64,000 nucleotides of DNA from an uncultured virus (IMG/VR IMGVR_UViG_3300017917_005385) (IMGVR_UViG_3300017917_005385), one strand, 5' to 3'. Shown: positions 28,655 through 39,435, counted from the first letter of the stretch. Translations and numbers: made by a program. The notes: generated by a model from the letters alone, not told the origin.

Positions 28655-31600
28655 TTAAGATTTTTCAAATTTAACATCTAAATTTGTATAATCAACCCAG
28701 TAGAATCCATCTTTAATTGATAAAGAATTTTCAAATTTAGTTCCTAACAATTCTTGTGCAATAACACCTCTAAATCTATTTTTGTTATTAACATAATTCC
28801 ACTCATAGATATTTATACCCATTAGACTTAATCCAACTTTCACAATATTTTCTTTCAATCTTATATCAGAGAAGCCGCCACTTCCTACAGTTTCATTTGA
28901 GAAAAGAAAGTTAGTGTTATTTGTCTCATATAAAGCTGTATTACCAACACCAGCACCTACACCACCTACGCCTAATCCAACACCACTAACTACGGTATTA
29001 GAATTTTGTGTACTTATACTGTCAAGGCCGATAGATATATTATTTATAAAACTAAAGTTTTCATTACTATAATCAATAAATGGCGATATACCCTGGAATG
29101 GAACTTGAACTCCTTTATTTATATTATCTTCTGTGAAATATTGGAAGAAAGGAATCATATCAACTTCATAAAAATGTAAGTTATCTATGTAATACTCATT
29201 TTTAGTAGTAGTATTAGAACTTAAACCTTGGAAATTCATTGATAAGTTTCTCTTATTATAAAAATATTCCATTTTTTTCTTCTTATTAGTTGTTAAGTGA
29301 TTTACGTTTTTATAAACTGGTAAATATGTAGCATCTGTTCTAAAGCTAAAAGTGAGTCCGGATAGACTTATACTTCTATATGTATAGTTTAAATTATCAA
29401 AATGTATAAATGGTGTATAAATAACTGCAAACTTTTTAGTAACATCAGTGTAAAGTGATGTGTTATTAGTAGAGTATGTAACTAGATCAAACTCTACTTT
29501 TGTGTATCTTAATTTTTTTATTTCCTCATTTGTTCTATTATTTACATCATCTGCAGGATTAGGAACTATATCTAATATACCACCTCTACTCATTGATGTT
29601 ACTTTTAATAGATTTCCTGTATCTTCTTCAGAGTTTGATGATACTCTCGAAAAATCTATAAATGTTGGAGAAACACTTGAGTATGTCCAACCTTGATTTA
29701 AAAATACATCACTATTAAAAGTAGATACAACTCCTGAGGTTAGTCCATAAAATGCAGTAAATACACCACCAAAATCATCTTCAAACAGACCAGCATCACC
29801 TATATAATCATCAAATATTTTATATTTTGTTCCTAATTTATATTTTCTTATAGTTGTTGAAAAACTATCTCTGAATGTTGATGAACTTTCAAGTACATCA
29901 TTTGTTACATAACCATATAGGTTATTTTCAGAATAACTTCTCTTTGAAACAGAGTTTAATACACTTTGAGGTTTCCCTATATTAGTTGCAGAGGTATTAT
30001 CAAATACCACATCTAACCAAGAATTGTAAACAAATACAGCATTACTTTCAGCAGATACATTAGATGTTACTTTTGAAATGTTATTTGATTTGAAATCTAT
30101 ATTTTGTATTAAACCTTTTGATAGATTAACTGTTATTTGACCACCTTCATTTAAACTATCGCTACCCCAATCTTGATCTATTACTATTTGATACGGATTC
30201 ACAACCTGTGTTACAATATGTTCACCATCATATTGTGGATTTACATCTTTGTCAGTCTTGTCAATAATTATCACATCACCAACAGATAAACCGTGAGGTA
30301 CACTATTTGTTCCAAATTGCAAACCAACAGAACCTGAACTGAATATAGTATCTACAAATGGTGGTACTGTATATTTTTGAGAATAGAAATGTCCACCATC
30401 AAATACACCATCTATCCAATGTGAGTTATACATTTCAGTTATCAAAGGATATCCTTTAAATAAACCGTAATTCCAAATACCTTTAAAGTATCCATTTAAG
30501 AAACCACCAGATAACCAAACATTTTTTGTAACATATATTCTGTGATTATCAGAGTCTCTTTCAATTCTTCTTAAAGGAAAATTATTATCAAACTCAACAA
30601 TAATACTATTTGTTGTTTTATTTATTATAGTGTAATATCCTTTTATAAGCTTTCTATCCTCATTAATATCTATTGATACTATATTAGAAATTGAAACATT
30701 ATCTCCGATATTGAATTTAGACACAGACGATTCTGGTCCAATAATTTGAACTCTCCATCTTTTAGATTTATTATAGTTAAAGAATAATGAAACATTTGTA
30801 AATTCATACATATTATCATCTACTCTCCATCCTGTATTCCAAACACCATTTTCCCATATACCTGCTTTAAATGAACCATTTCCCATTTTTGAGTATATTT
30901 TACTAATACCTGGATTGTATAATGATGCGGTTGCATTTATAGTATTACCTGTTCCAACTAAAGTCGAGTATGCTACATTTGATAGACCGGTCGCTATTGA
31001 ATATGTTGGTGCGTTACTCATAACATATTGTCTATTGTTTCCAGGATGGTATCCACCTTCTATTTTTATATTAGATAAATATATAGAAGAATATGTAGGA
31101 CTTGAAGATGTAGCACCAGCGAATCCACCAACAAATAATATGTATTTATTTCCTCTTAGACCATAAAATGCATGAGATATAGAAGAAGTCAGAGATGTAG
31201 CACCAGTTGATGAAACACTTTGTGTTAATGTCGCTAGTAACGTAGCACCAGTTGGTGGTGTGTATACTCCAGATTGCAAAGCTACCCAGTCCGGATCAGA
31301 TAAAACAGGTGCGTTTGATGTGTATATTCTCAATGGAAAGTTTCCATTATTTTGATAACCAAAAGAAATATTATAGTATGTATAAGGTATGAATTTATAT
31401 AAACCATTATTCAACCTATACCCTATTCTTGATGCTTTAGCACCGTTTGGACCACCAACAGGAAAATAACCTCTTACACTAGCACTAGCACTAGTTGAAG
31501 GTGTTCCATAAACATAATCATACCAGTAGTATTTATCTGAGTTTTTGTCATAATACCAACCAAGTGAATTTTTAACACTGGGTAATAACTCTGTTCCAGT

Positions 31601-32035
31601 TTCTTTGTAGTATGAAAAACCTAATATATTAAAATCTAATTCATTTAGTTTAAAATCTGTTATACCTCTAATTCCACTAAATGTTCCATTAGCTTTGAAT
31701 GTTGCTCTATTAGTTGATACTAAGTTTGTAGTTGGTGTTGAGTAGTGAAAAAAACTTTGAGTTCCCAATCCAGATGGTACTGTGTTTGTAGATGTCATTC
31801 CTCTTGTATAACTCAACTCATCTGCCCAAGCTGGTGAAACAGAAAAAGATGCCGCATTTGCATACAAACCAACCGTATTAGTTACTATTTGATACGTTTT
31901 ATTTGTTGAATAAGTATAAGAACCCGCATTATTATAAAGAGTGTAAATACCACCTACTATTGTACGAGTAGTATCTAATTGTAGCCTGTTTGGTGAGGCT
32001 GTTAGTTTCCAATGATTATATCCTGACAGAGGCAT
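28655..32035 (-). CDS. Tail fibre/structural protein with C-terminal intramolecular chaperone (peptidase S74-like)
   Basis: SDIRLKENI..GINIYEWNY..GVIAQEL..VDY; GxW repeats. Confidence 0.8.
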   Translation of the reverse strand: MPLSGYNHWKLTASPNRLQLDTTRTIVGGIYTLYNNAGSYTYSTNKTYQIVTNTVGLYANAASFSVSPAWADELSYTRGMTSTNTVPSGLGTQSFFHYSTPTTNLVSTNRATFKANGTFSGIRGITDFKLNELDFNILGFSYYKETGTELLPSVKNSLGWYYDKNSDKYYWYDYVYGTPSTSASASVRGYFPVGGPNGAKASRIGYRLNNGLYKFIPYTYYNISFGYQNNGNFPLRIYTSNAPVLSDPDWVALQSGVYTPPTGATLLATLTQSVSSTGATSLTSSISHAFYGLRGNKYILFVGGFAGATSSSPTYSSIYLSNIKIEGGYHPGNNRQYVMSNAPTYSIATGLSNVAYSTLVGTGNTINATASLYNPGISKIYSKMGNGSFKAGIWENGVWNTGWRVDDNMYEFTNVSLFFNYNKSKRWRVQIIGPESSVSKFNIGDNVSISNIVSIDINEDRKLIKGYYTIINKTTNSIIVEFDNNFPLRRIERDSDNHRIYVTKNVWLSGGFLNGYFKGIWNYGLFKGYPLITEMYNSHWIDGVFDGGHFYSQKYTVPPFVDTIFSSGSVGLQFGTNSVPHGLSVGDVIIIDKTDKDVNPQYDGEHIVTQVVNPYQIVIDQDWGSDSLNEGGQITVNLSKGLIQNIDFKSNNISKVTSNVSAESNAVFVYNSWLDVVFDNTSATNIGKPQSVLNSVSKRSYSENNLYGYVTNDVLESSSTFRDSFSTTIRKYKLGTKYKIFDDYIGDAGLFEDDFGGVFTAFYGLTSGVVSTFNSDVFLNQGWTYSSVSPTFIDFSRVSSNSEEDTGNLLKVTSMSRGGILDIVPNPADDVNNRTNEEIKKLRYTKVEFDLVTYSTNNTSLYTDVTKKFAVIYTPFIHFDNLNYTYRSISLSGLTFSFRTDATYLPVYKNVNHLTTNKKKKMEYFYNKRNLSMNFQGLSSNTTTKNEYYIDNLHFYEVDMIPFFQYFTEDNINKGVQVPFQGISPFIDYSNENFSFINNISIGLDSISTQNSNTVVSGVGLGVGGVGAGVGNTALYETNNTNFLFSNETVGSGGFSDIRLKENIVKVGLSLMGINIYEWNYVNNKNRFRGVIAQELLGTKFENSLSIKDGFYWVDYTNLDVKFEKS

Positions 32036-32092
32036 CTACTTTTTTATTTTTTATTTTATATTTTATATATTTATAATTTCGTTTTACTACCT

Positions 32093-35000
32093 TTAAGCTT
32101 CTTCTACCGCTTCAAGACCTGGGTCTATAAGAGCTTCTCCAGCAACATAAGAGTATGGATTAAATCCAGAAGATGACCATCCGTTTGTGCTTTGTGAGTT
32201 AGTTGGTATAACCTCAGCTACTGCTGACTTTATAGTAGTTTCTTCACCACCAGGAACTAAGAATATATTCCAAATATGACATGAAGAAGTACCACTCCAA
32301 GACATACCTCTTTTTAAGATACTATAAACATAGTCACTGTCTACAATACCATCAAATTCAAATGATGATCCATACCAGTTACCGTTTCTCCATTTACCAT
32401 TTTCCCAGAATACGTTAAATGCATTCATATATGATGCTATTCCGTTTTCCCATATCATACCAGTTGCCGTACCTATAATAAAATTGCCATTTTTCCATCT
32501 TGAGATATAGAAATCACTTTGTTCAAGATCTCCATTTTGCCAATAACAAGTATTATCATTTATATTAAATGATTGAGTTGGTGATCCATTTCTTCTAACA
32601 TAAGGATTAAACGAACTACTTATAAATTTACCTCTTTCGAATGCACCATCTAACCAAACAGAACTATTCATTTCACCACTTGTGTGACTAAATGTACCTG
32701 ATAACCAAAGAGCATTTGTAAATTTAGCTTTTTTAGGTGGTAAGTTAATCTTTTCTAAGGTGTTAGCTTTTACAATTTTTGTAAAAAACTTTTTATCTTT
32801 AATAAATTTATCCTTTGTATTTGTAAACATACCACTTCTCCACTTGCCCCAATAAGAATAAGTATATGAGTCTACAAATGTATTAGCATTAGCACAAGTT
32901 AATCCTGAAACTGGATTTCCTCCACTTCCTTGAAACTCACCATATAAGAAAACACCATTATTCCAAACTCTTCCCTTGAATATACCTCCGTTAAAGTCAC
33001 CTGTGTACCATATTGAATTAGTTAAGCCATTTGCATTTCCAAATTCACCACCATTAAATGTTCCATTTTCCCAGCCATAATCAACTTGATTTGTGCTATC
33101 ACTAATAGACCAACCATATGATGATAAGAATTTACCACCATTGAATATACCATTTTTCCATTTAGCATTTGTTATAAATTGACCACCATTAAATGTTCCA
33201 TTTTCCCATATTGATGAGTGTGATAGTCCTTGATTTATATCAGAACCAAATAAACCATTTAAGAATAATCCATCTTTCCAAACTATACTTTGTGTTATAT
33301 AACCTGAAGGACTTTGATTAATATCAACTGAGTAAATTGTTGCATTCTCTACTGTTGCATAACTTATTGTGCCGTTATAGAAGTGTGTATCAGTGGATGA
33401 TATTTGATTACTACCAATTATACCATTTGAGTAAATACCATCATACCATTTAGAATAGTAGAATCTACCGTTAGAAAAAGTTCCTGATTCCCAATCTGAT
33501 TTGAAAAACTCACCATTTAAGAATCTACCATTTTGCCAAGAATTTCTATTATTAGGTAATGTTCCTTTTCTGTAGTAAGAGTTTATATTTTCAGAATAGT
33601 AGAAAGGATTTGATGTGGTAGCCGAGCCGTTAAATGTTCTTGAATTATAGAATGTACCACCGTCAAAAATACCATCAATCCATCTAGTATCTCTAATCGT
33701 ACCTTTGCTAAATGTTGGACCATTCCATATAGAATTCTGAACTATACCTGAGTTCCAAGAGTCAGATCCTGTTACAAAGAAAGAATTTAAATATGTAGCA
33801 TTTGATAAAATATTACCGTTATTTGAGAATATAGAATCAGATACTACTAGATTTCTTATTTTTTCTAAATTGTTAAAATCTTTATCAAAGTAATCGTAAT
33901 CTAAATTTTGAATTATAGAGTTACTGAAATAAGTTCTTCTTAAAAATCCAGATTTTACATTTGATTTACTTATTTTTAATTTCTTTATATGACCATATCT
34001 ATTCTCAGCTTTATCTGTATAAAAATAACCATTTGAAGCAGATAAACTTATTATCTGGCTATATGTTCCAACTTCTTGTAATTTATAAACACCATTTGTG
34101 TTAGATATAACCTTATAAGTATCAGGTATTCTATACAAATTCACACCATCATTAAAATCAACAGAATCTAAGAATACAATATCTCCAACCTTGAATAGAC
34201 TGGATTCTTTATAGTTAACATCATATGATGTAGTTGCTGTTAAATATAGATTTGAATCTATAGATAAACTATAACTACCACCTGTTGTAAAAGGAACAGT
34301 TATATTATTATCGTTGTTTAATTCAATATGTGTTCCACCGTTCCAATCTGAATTTTCTATTAAGCCACTATCAAAGTCAGAATCAACTATAAATGCTTTT
34401 GATATATCAATTATATTAGAAACAGAATATGTAAAAGTAGAAGAATTATAATTAAAGTCTATGTTTTCACTAGTTATTAAAGAAGATGTATCAAATCTAC
34501 TTACCCAAATATCTAAAGAATAGTGTGTACTATTAGGATTTTCAACATTTATTTTAGTATAAGTTCTTACTCCATTAATTCCAAAAGATCCAGTTGCTGA
34601 ATTAAATTTATATTTATTATCTTCTGGTGTAGACAAGAAAGCTGAATATTCATAACCTCTTTTACCTATTGGATTTAATCCAAAATTCTCTTCAGTATAT
34701 TCTGTCCAAGAACCAATTTTGAATTTTTTATCAAAAAAGTTAATAACATCTTTTGATAGATTATTTATTTTAAGACCCTTTAGATAAAAAACATCACCTG
34801 TTCTAAGTCTTTCATATCCAGTTTTATCAATATAAAACTTGAATACTTTTTGATCTATACTATTTGATGAACTAAATGTAAATCCATTAAGTATTGTCTC
34901 AGATGCAGTTAATTCATCATAAGCGTGTATCTTTATAAGATTATCACTATTATAACTTGAATTTTTAAAAACAGAACTATTAAAGTATGAATTAATTGAT

Positions 35001-36445
35001 TTTGTCTTTTCAAATTTAGAATTATTTGATTTTGTATTTTTTAACTCTGACTCTTTTAGATAAGAGTGATTAAATACACAGTCATTAAAAAATGCTTTAT
35101 TTATTTTATTCACATATGGTACATTATATCCTAAAATCTCATTCTCAACAACTGAAAATGTTGCTGTAGATTGAGTTCCAAATTGAGTTCTATAAAAAGA
35201 TCCATTCTCAATAATGGATTGTTCAATTATTGAGTCATTAATAAAATTATAACCTCTACCAGCATTATTAGGTGAATTTACTTTTTGATATGGTAATCCA
35301 AACTCATCAAAGCTTGAAAAGAAACTTTGAGATGCTGTATACAAAGTGTTAAAAGTTCCTTTTTTCCATATTGTATTTATCATCGCACCAACGTTCCAAG
35401 TTGATTCCTCACCATGCCAGTTAATTCTAGTTTTATATTGACCATATAATCCTCCATTCCAAACTCCTCTGAAATTACCATCTCTAAAATTACCTTTAGC
35501 TATGTATGGTCTGAAGTAGTTAACATCTACAACCCATTCTGAAAAAACAGGACCTACATACCACTTATAAACATATCCTTCTTTATACTCTTTACCAAAA
35601 TGAGTAAAACTACCATTCATTATCTTAATTCTATCTACATTTGAATATGTAGGTGATAAAGCATACGAGTATGTTCCTGAATCAAAATATGTTGTTATGT
35701 TAGTCCAACTACCTGAGTTATCTCTTACATAGAATCCTGGTGTACCAGATACACCATTGTTTAACCCCCAGCCTTGTACTCCTGAATAGTTGTTATCTAT
35801 GTAAGCGATATTATTTTGATAATATCCAAATTTATATTCAAATAATCCACCTCTTGTTGTAATTGCTCTATTTGCTTGTAGAAATTCTTCCTCATTTCTG
35901 ATATAAAAAATCTTTATAAAGTCATCATCTTTTGATGATGTATAAGGAGAAACACCAGTATAATCAATATCTAATACAATTTTACAGTTATCTACTAAAA
36001 GTATTTTATAACCATCTCTTCCTTTTTTATATTTATTTTTCTCTATTAATAAGTCACTATCATAAGAACCATTAACTATAAATACTCTATCACCTACTTT
36101 TAATTCAGTGTTTACTTCAGTGTAAAATAATGTTTTAGTAAAACCTTTTATTACATAAGGCTCAACCCAATTTAATAATCTACAACTGAATGTTTTGTCT
36201 GTACTTTGAATTAAACCTGCTAGTGGATCAAAACCAACTAACTTTATATCCATTCCTAATCCATCAAGTTCGGCTTTTGTTATTAGTAAAGGCTTAGTTG
36301 CTAACTTATTATTAATAAGTTTAATACTACTATTCGTTAATGTAGGTACATTACTAATAGGCTCACTATATTGTGGTGTATTTTTTTCTAAAGGTATATT
36401 AAATATTTTTTTTCTAATATTTGAATCAATAGATTGAGTAGCCAT
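32093..36445 (-). CDS. Giant structural protein with GxF/GxW pentapeptide repeats
   Basis: Repeated WENGTFNGG-type units; TAATATATA 36477-36469 upstream. Confidence 0.7.
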   Translation of the reverse strand: MATQSIDSNIRKKIFNIPLEKNTPQYSEPISNVPTLTNSSIKLINNKLATKPLLITKAELDGLGMDIKLVGFDPLAGLIQSTDKTFSCRLLNWVEPYVIKGFTKTLFYTEVNTELKVGDRVFIVNGSYDSDLLIEKNKYKKGRDGYKILLVDNCKIVLDIDYTGVSPYTSSKDDDFIKIFYIRNEEEFLQANRAITTRGGLFEYKFGYYQNNIAYIDNNYSGVQGWGLNNGVSGTPGFYVRDNSGSWTNITTYFDSGTYSYALSPTYSNVDRIKIMNGSFTHFGKEYKEGYVYKWYVGPVFSEWVVDVNYFRPYIAKGNFRDGNFRGVWNGGLYGQYKTRINWHGEESTWNVGAMINTIWKKGTFNTLYTASQSFFSSFDEFGLPYQKVNSPNNAGRGYNFINDSIIEQSIIENGSFYRTQFGTQSTATFSVVENEILGYNVPYVNKINKAFFNDCVFNHSYLKESELKNTKSNNSKFEKTKSINSYFNSSVFKNSSYNSDNLIKIHAYDELTASETILNGFTFSSSNSIDQKVFKFYIDKTGYERLRTGDVFYLKGLKINNLSKDVINFFDKKFKIGSWTEYTEENFGLNPIGKRGYEYSAFLSTPEDNKYKFNSATGSFGINGVRTYTKINVENPNSTHYSLDIWVSRFDTSSLITSENIDFNYNSSTFTYSVSNIIDISKAFIVDSDFDSGLIENSDWNGGTHIELNNDNNITVPFTTGGSYSLSIDSNLYLTATTSYDVNYKESSLFKVGDIVFLDSVDFNDGVNLYRIPDTYKVISNTNGVYKLQEVGTYSQIISLSASNGYFYTDKAENRYGHIKKLKISKSNVKSGFLRRTYFSNSIIQNLDYDYFDKDFNNLEKIRNLVVSDSIFSNNGNILSNATYLNSFFVTGSDSWNSGIVQNSIWNGPTFSKGTIRDTRWIDGIFDGGTFYNSRTFNGSATTSNPFYYSENINSYYRKGTLPNNRNSWQNGRFLNGEFFKSDWESGTFSNGRFYYSKWYDGIYSNGIIGSNQISSTDTHFYNGTISYATVENATIYSVDINQSPSGYITQSIVWKDGLFLNGLFGSDINQGLSHSSIWENGTFNGGQFITNAKWKNGIFNGGKFLSSYGWSISDSTNQVDYGWENGTFNGGEFGNANGLTNSIWYTGDFNGGIFKGRVWNNGVFLYGEFQGSGGNPVSGLTCANANTFVDSYTYSYWGKWRSGMFTNTKDKFIKDKKFFTKIVKANTLEKINLPPKKAKFTNALWLSGTFSHTSGEMNSSVWLDGAFERGKFISSSFNPYVRRNGSPTQSFNINDNTCYWQNGDLEQSDFYISRWKNGNFIIGTATGMIWENGIASYMNAFNVFWENGKWRNGNWYGSSFEFDGIVDSDYVYSILKRGMSWSGTSSCHIWNIFLVPGGEETTIKSAVAEVIPTNSQSTNGWSSSGFNPYSYVAGEALIDPGLEAVEEA

Positions 36446-36492
36446 TTAAATTAGTAAAGTATTTTATGTATATATTATTTATTAAAGGTTTC

Positions 36493-36523
36493 TTTGATAT
36501 TAAACTTTGATTATTTATATTTG
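36493..36523 (+). promoter_or_regulatory. Bacteroidota sigma70-type promoter
   Basis: TTTG-N19-TATATTTG. Confidence 0.75.
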
Positions 36524-36532
36524 TAAAATATT

Positions 36533-37249
36533 ATGGATAAAAAGAAAGTTTTGATTTTTACTGGTGCTGGAGTATCTGCTGAAAGTGGGGTTGCTACTTT
36601 TAGAACAGGTGATGATGGTCTTTGGTATAATCATAAAGTAGAAGATGTTGCAACCCCTGATGGTTGGCGTAGAGATAAAGAAAAAGTTCTTAATTTCTAC
36701 AATATGAGACGTGCTCAATTAAAAGATGTTGAGCCAAATCTGGCACATAAAATTATAGCTGAATTAGAAAAAGATTTTGATGTTGCTGTTGTTACTCAAA
36801 ACGTAGATAATTTACACGAAAGAGCAGGTTCAACAAACGTTATTCATTTACATGGTGAATTAACAAAAGTTCGTTCAACATTAGATCCTTCATTGGTTTA
36901 TGATTGGACTGAAGATTGTAACTTAGGTGATAAATGCGAGAAAGGTTCTCAATTAAGACCTCATATTGTTTGGTTTGGTGAAAATTTAGATGAAAAAAAT
37001 ACCGACTTAGCTACAGAAGTTGCTATGGATTGTGATTTTTGTGTAATTGTTGGTACTTCAATGCAAGTAGCTCCAGCTAATCAAATTCCATTCTTAACAA
37101 AAAGTAATACTCTTATCTATATTATTGATCCATCTGATATGGATTTTTATATCGATAAACAAAGAAAACCATTTTTAAATCATATTAAAGATGTTGCTTC
37201 TGTTGGTATGGAAAAAGTAAGAAAAGATTTATTAGAAATTATTAAATAA
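36533..37249 (+). CDS. cobB: NAD-dependent protein deacylase (sirtuin, CobB-like)
   Basis: FTGAGVSAESGVATFR, TQNVDNLHERAG, HLHG, LRPHIVWFGE, VGTS. Confidence 0.93.
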   Translation: MDKKKVLIFTGAGVSAESGVATFRTGDDGLWYNHKVEDVATPDGWRRDKEKVLNFYNMRRAQLKDVEPNLAHKIIAELEKDFDVAVVTQNVDNLHERAGSTNVIHLHGELTKVRSTLDPSLVYDWTEDCNLGDKCEKGSQLRPHIVWFGENLDEKNTDLATEVAMDCDFCVIVGTSMQVAPANQIPFLTKSNTLIYIIDPSDMDFYIDKQRKPFLNHIKDVASVGMEKVRKDLLEIIK

Positions 37250-37252
37250 AAT

Positions 37253-37483
37253 ATGAAAAAAGAATATTACAACGAATTATTCGGTGGTAAAAAATACGGT
37301 GACTATATGGTTTATGGTTTAGATAAATCAGAATCTAAATATGAGGATTTAATAAATCTATTTGGTGATTACTATAACTCAGATACCTTTCAAGAAGAAT
37401 CAGAAGAACAAAAGGCTATTCGTGAAGCTAAAGAAAAAGCTGAAAAAAGAAATAATAAGATTGACCAAATTTTAGGAGAATAA
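37253..37483 (+). CDS. Microprotein with C-terminal tag
   Basis: Ends KRNNKIDQILGE. Confidence 0.7.
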   Translation: MKKEYYNELFGGKKYGDYMVYGLDKSESKYEDLINLFGDYYNSDTFQEESEEQKAIREAKEKAEKRNNKIDQILGE

Positions 37484-38043
37484 TGTCACAGATATCAATT
37501 TTTGATTGGCTTACGGCTTTACTAATAGTCTTGCCTTTATTTGGATTGTTTATATCAATTCCAAGTTTTGTATCTATGTATAAACTTGGATTCAAAGCTT
37601 ATAGACAACAATTGAGACTTTTAAAGATTATGATTAGAAAAGTATCAACAGGTTATAAAATTACACATAATCAGTTATATACATACACTGGTATGAGTAG
37701 TGGACCTCAAACTGTAACTAAATCAGAAACTAGCCACTTCTTTCCAATTTTTGTTGATAAAGAGCATTTATTAATTTTAACAAAGAAAGAAGGCCCTTTC
37801 AATACTCTTTATATTCAATACTCTGAACATAAAAATGATCAATGGTCAAATGATAATGTTGAAATAAAAACATCAAGTTGTTTACTTACTCAACTTCTTA
37901 ATGATAGATTTCAGAAAAAAGTTGATAATCTTATGAAAGAATCTATTCAACTTGATGATGTTAAAAATCTAAATGATTTACTAAATAGTCAAATAACTTC
38001 TATCAAAAGAGAAGAAGTATTAAACTCTATATTAAATGGATAA
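37483..38043 (+). CDS. Membrane-anchored protein with C-terminal tag
   Basis: N-terminal TM; ends KREEVLNSILNG. Confidence 0.7.
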   Translation: MSQISIFDWLTALLIVLPLFGLFISIPSFVSMYKLGFKAYRQQLRLLKIMIRKVSTGYKITHNQLYTYTGMSSGPQTVTKSETSHFFPIFVDKEHLLILTKKEGPFNTLYIQYSEHKNDQWSNDNVEIKTSSCLLTQLLNDRFQKKVDNLMKESIQLDDVKNLNDLLNSQITSIKREEVLNSILNG

Positions 38044-38200
38044 GAAAGATATTATTATAGTTGACCATATTAGTATGATAAGTTCTACTAAAGTGGATGA
38101 AAGTTTATTAGAAAAACTTAACATTCGTGTAAAGAATATTCGCAAGTATAGAGGTAGGATTGAAAGACGAAAAGAAAAAATAAAAAGAATTTATGAATAA
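38036..38200 (+). CDS. 54-aa microprotein: helicase Walker-B-like peptide + tag (not in ORF track)
   Basis: MDKKDIIIVDHISMISSTKVDESLLEKLNIRVKNIRKYRGRIERRKEKIKRIYE; overlaps each neighbour by 8 nt. Confidence 0.65.
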   Translation: MDKKDIIIVDHISMISSTKVDESLLEKLNIRVKNIRKYRGRIERRKEKIKRIYE

Positions 38201-38384
38201 TAGAGACGTTATTGATATCTTTGGACAGTTACTTAATAGTAATAAAGAAATTATGATGTTGAAAGCTAGACAAACTGGTAAGTCAAATGTTGCCTCACAT
38301 TTAATGGATTGGAAAAAACTATATGATAAACATGAAAGAGTAAGATTAAGAAAAGAAACCATAAAACGACTTTTTAATATATAA
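38193..38384 (+). CDS. Microprotein: terminase Walker-A-like peptide + tag
   Basis: IMMLKARQTGKS; ends RKETIKRLFNI. Confidence 0.65.
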   Translation: MNNRDVIDIFGQLLNSNKEIMMLKARQTGKSNVASHLMDWKKLYDKHERVRLRKETIKRLFNI

Positions 38385-38399
38385 TCTTAACAAAAAGAA

Positions 38400-38966
38400 A
38401 TGAATATTATGAATTTACAAGAATTATTGAATAAATGGAGTATTAAATGTGATGTTAATACATTACTTGCTATGTGGAACGAATCTCACAGAGCATATCA
38501 CACTCTAACTCACTTAAATGATTTAATTGACCAAATCAATGAGAATAAATCAAAATATTCTGAAAAAGAATATGAGAAACTAATCATCGCTTCTCTTTTT
38601 CATGATTGTGTTTATGACCCAATGAAAAATGATAATGAGGAAAAATCAGCTGAGTTCTTTGAGTCTTGTTGCGTTGATAAAAATAATTCAGATGTTCAAG
38701 AAATTAAACAAATAATTCTTGATACAAAAACACATGAATCTACTACACCACTTTCTGAATCATTCAACTACTATGATATGAGTATTGTTGAGAGAGATTT
38801 TGACCAATTATTGGAGTGGGAAAATGGTATTCACGAAGAATATAAAGTATATGGTGATGCTTATAAAGAAGGTAGATTAAAATTCCTAGAATCTCTTTTG
38901 GATAAATATCCACATAATACTGATAATTTGATTAAATTAATTGATTGGGTAAAAAATAACTATTAA
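38400..38966 (+). CDS. HD-superfamily metal-dependent hydrolase
   Basis: HRAYHTLTHL, LFHDCVYDP, DNEEKSA, TKTH. Confidence 0.85.
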   Translation: MNIMNLQELLNKWSIKCDVNTLLAMWNESHRAYHTLTHLNDLIDQINENKSKYSEKEYEKLIIASLFHDCVYDPMKNDNEEKSAEFFESCCVDKNNSDVQEIKQIILDTKTHESTTPLSESFNYYDMSIVERDFDQLLEWENGIHEEYKVYGDAYKEGRLKFLESLLDKYPHNTDNLIKLIDWVKNNY

Positions 38967-38967
38967 A

Positions 38968-39435
38968 ATGAAAGAATATGGTATCTTATATGCTAAGGTT
39001 GTTTTTCCAAGAACTCATAAATTGGAATGGCTAGCTCATTGTCATTTAACTAATATACTACCAAAAGATTTACAAACCGAAATACGAAGATTATCTAATG
39101 ATATTAATCAGAAATGGAAAGATTCAATTGTAATACCTATGGACAATTCCATTATGCCTGGTTGCACAACTGAACCGGAAGTAATTGAAGAGGTTGCTAA
39201 TGATATTTACAAAGGAATGTTAGATATTTTTAAAAGACTATCTGGTGATGAAAATTGTATCAGATTAGTTTACGGTACTGGTGAGTTAGATGAAGAACAT
39301 ATAAAAACAGTTGTATCAACACATGAGATTGGTTCTTTTCCAATAATGGTTAAAATTGGTCACTTTTTAGATTATGGTGAATCCGGTAAGAGTTACGGTA
39401 GATTCACTTACGAACCAGGTATATTTAAAGTATAA
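38968..39435 (+). CDS. Hypothetical protein
   Basis: 155-aa ORF ending at a terminator. Confidence 0.65.
   Translation: MKEYGILYAKVVFPRTHKLEWLAHCHLTNILPKDLQTEIRRLSNDINQKWKDSIVIPMDNSIMPGCTTEPEVIEEVANDIYKGMLDIFKRLSGDENCIRLVYGTGELDEEHIKTVVSTHEIGSFPIMVKIGHFLDYGESGKSYGRFTYEPGIFKV

Noticed and set aside
36533..37249. Sirtuin as a defence-type SIR2 NADase (ThsA/DSR)
   Set aside because: Motifs and size match stand-alone CobB-type deacylases
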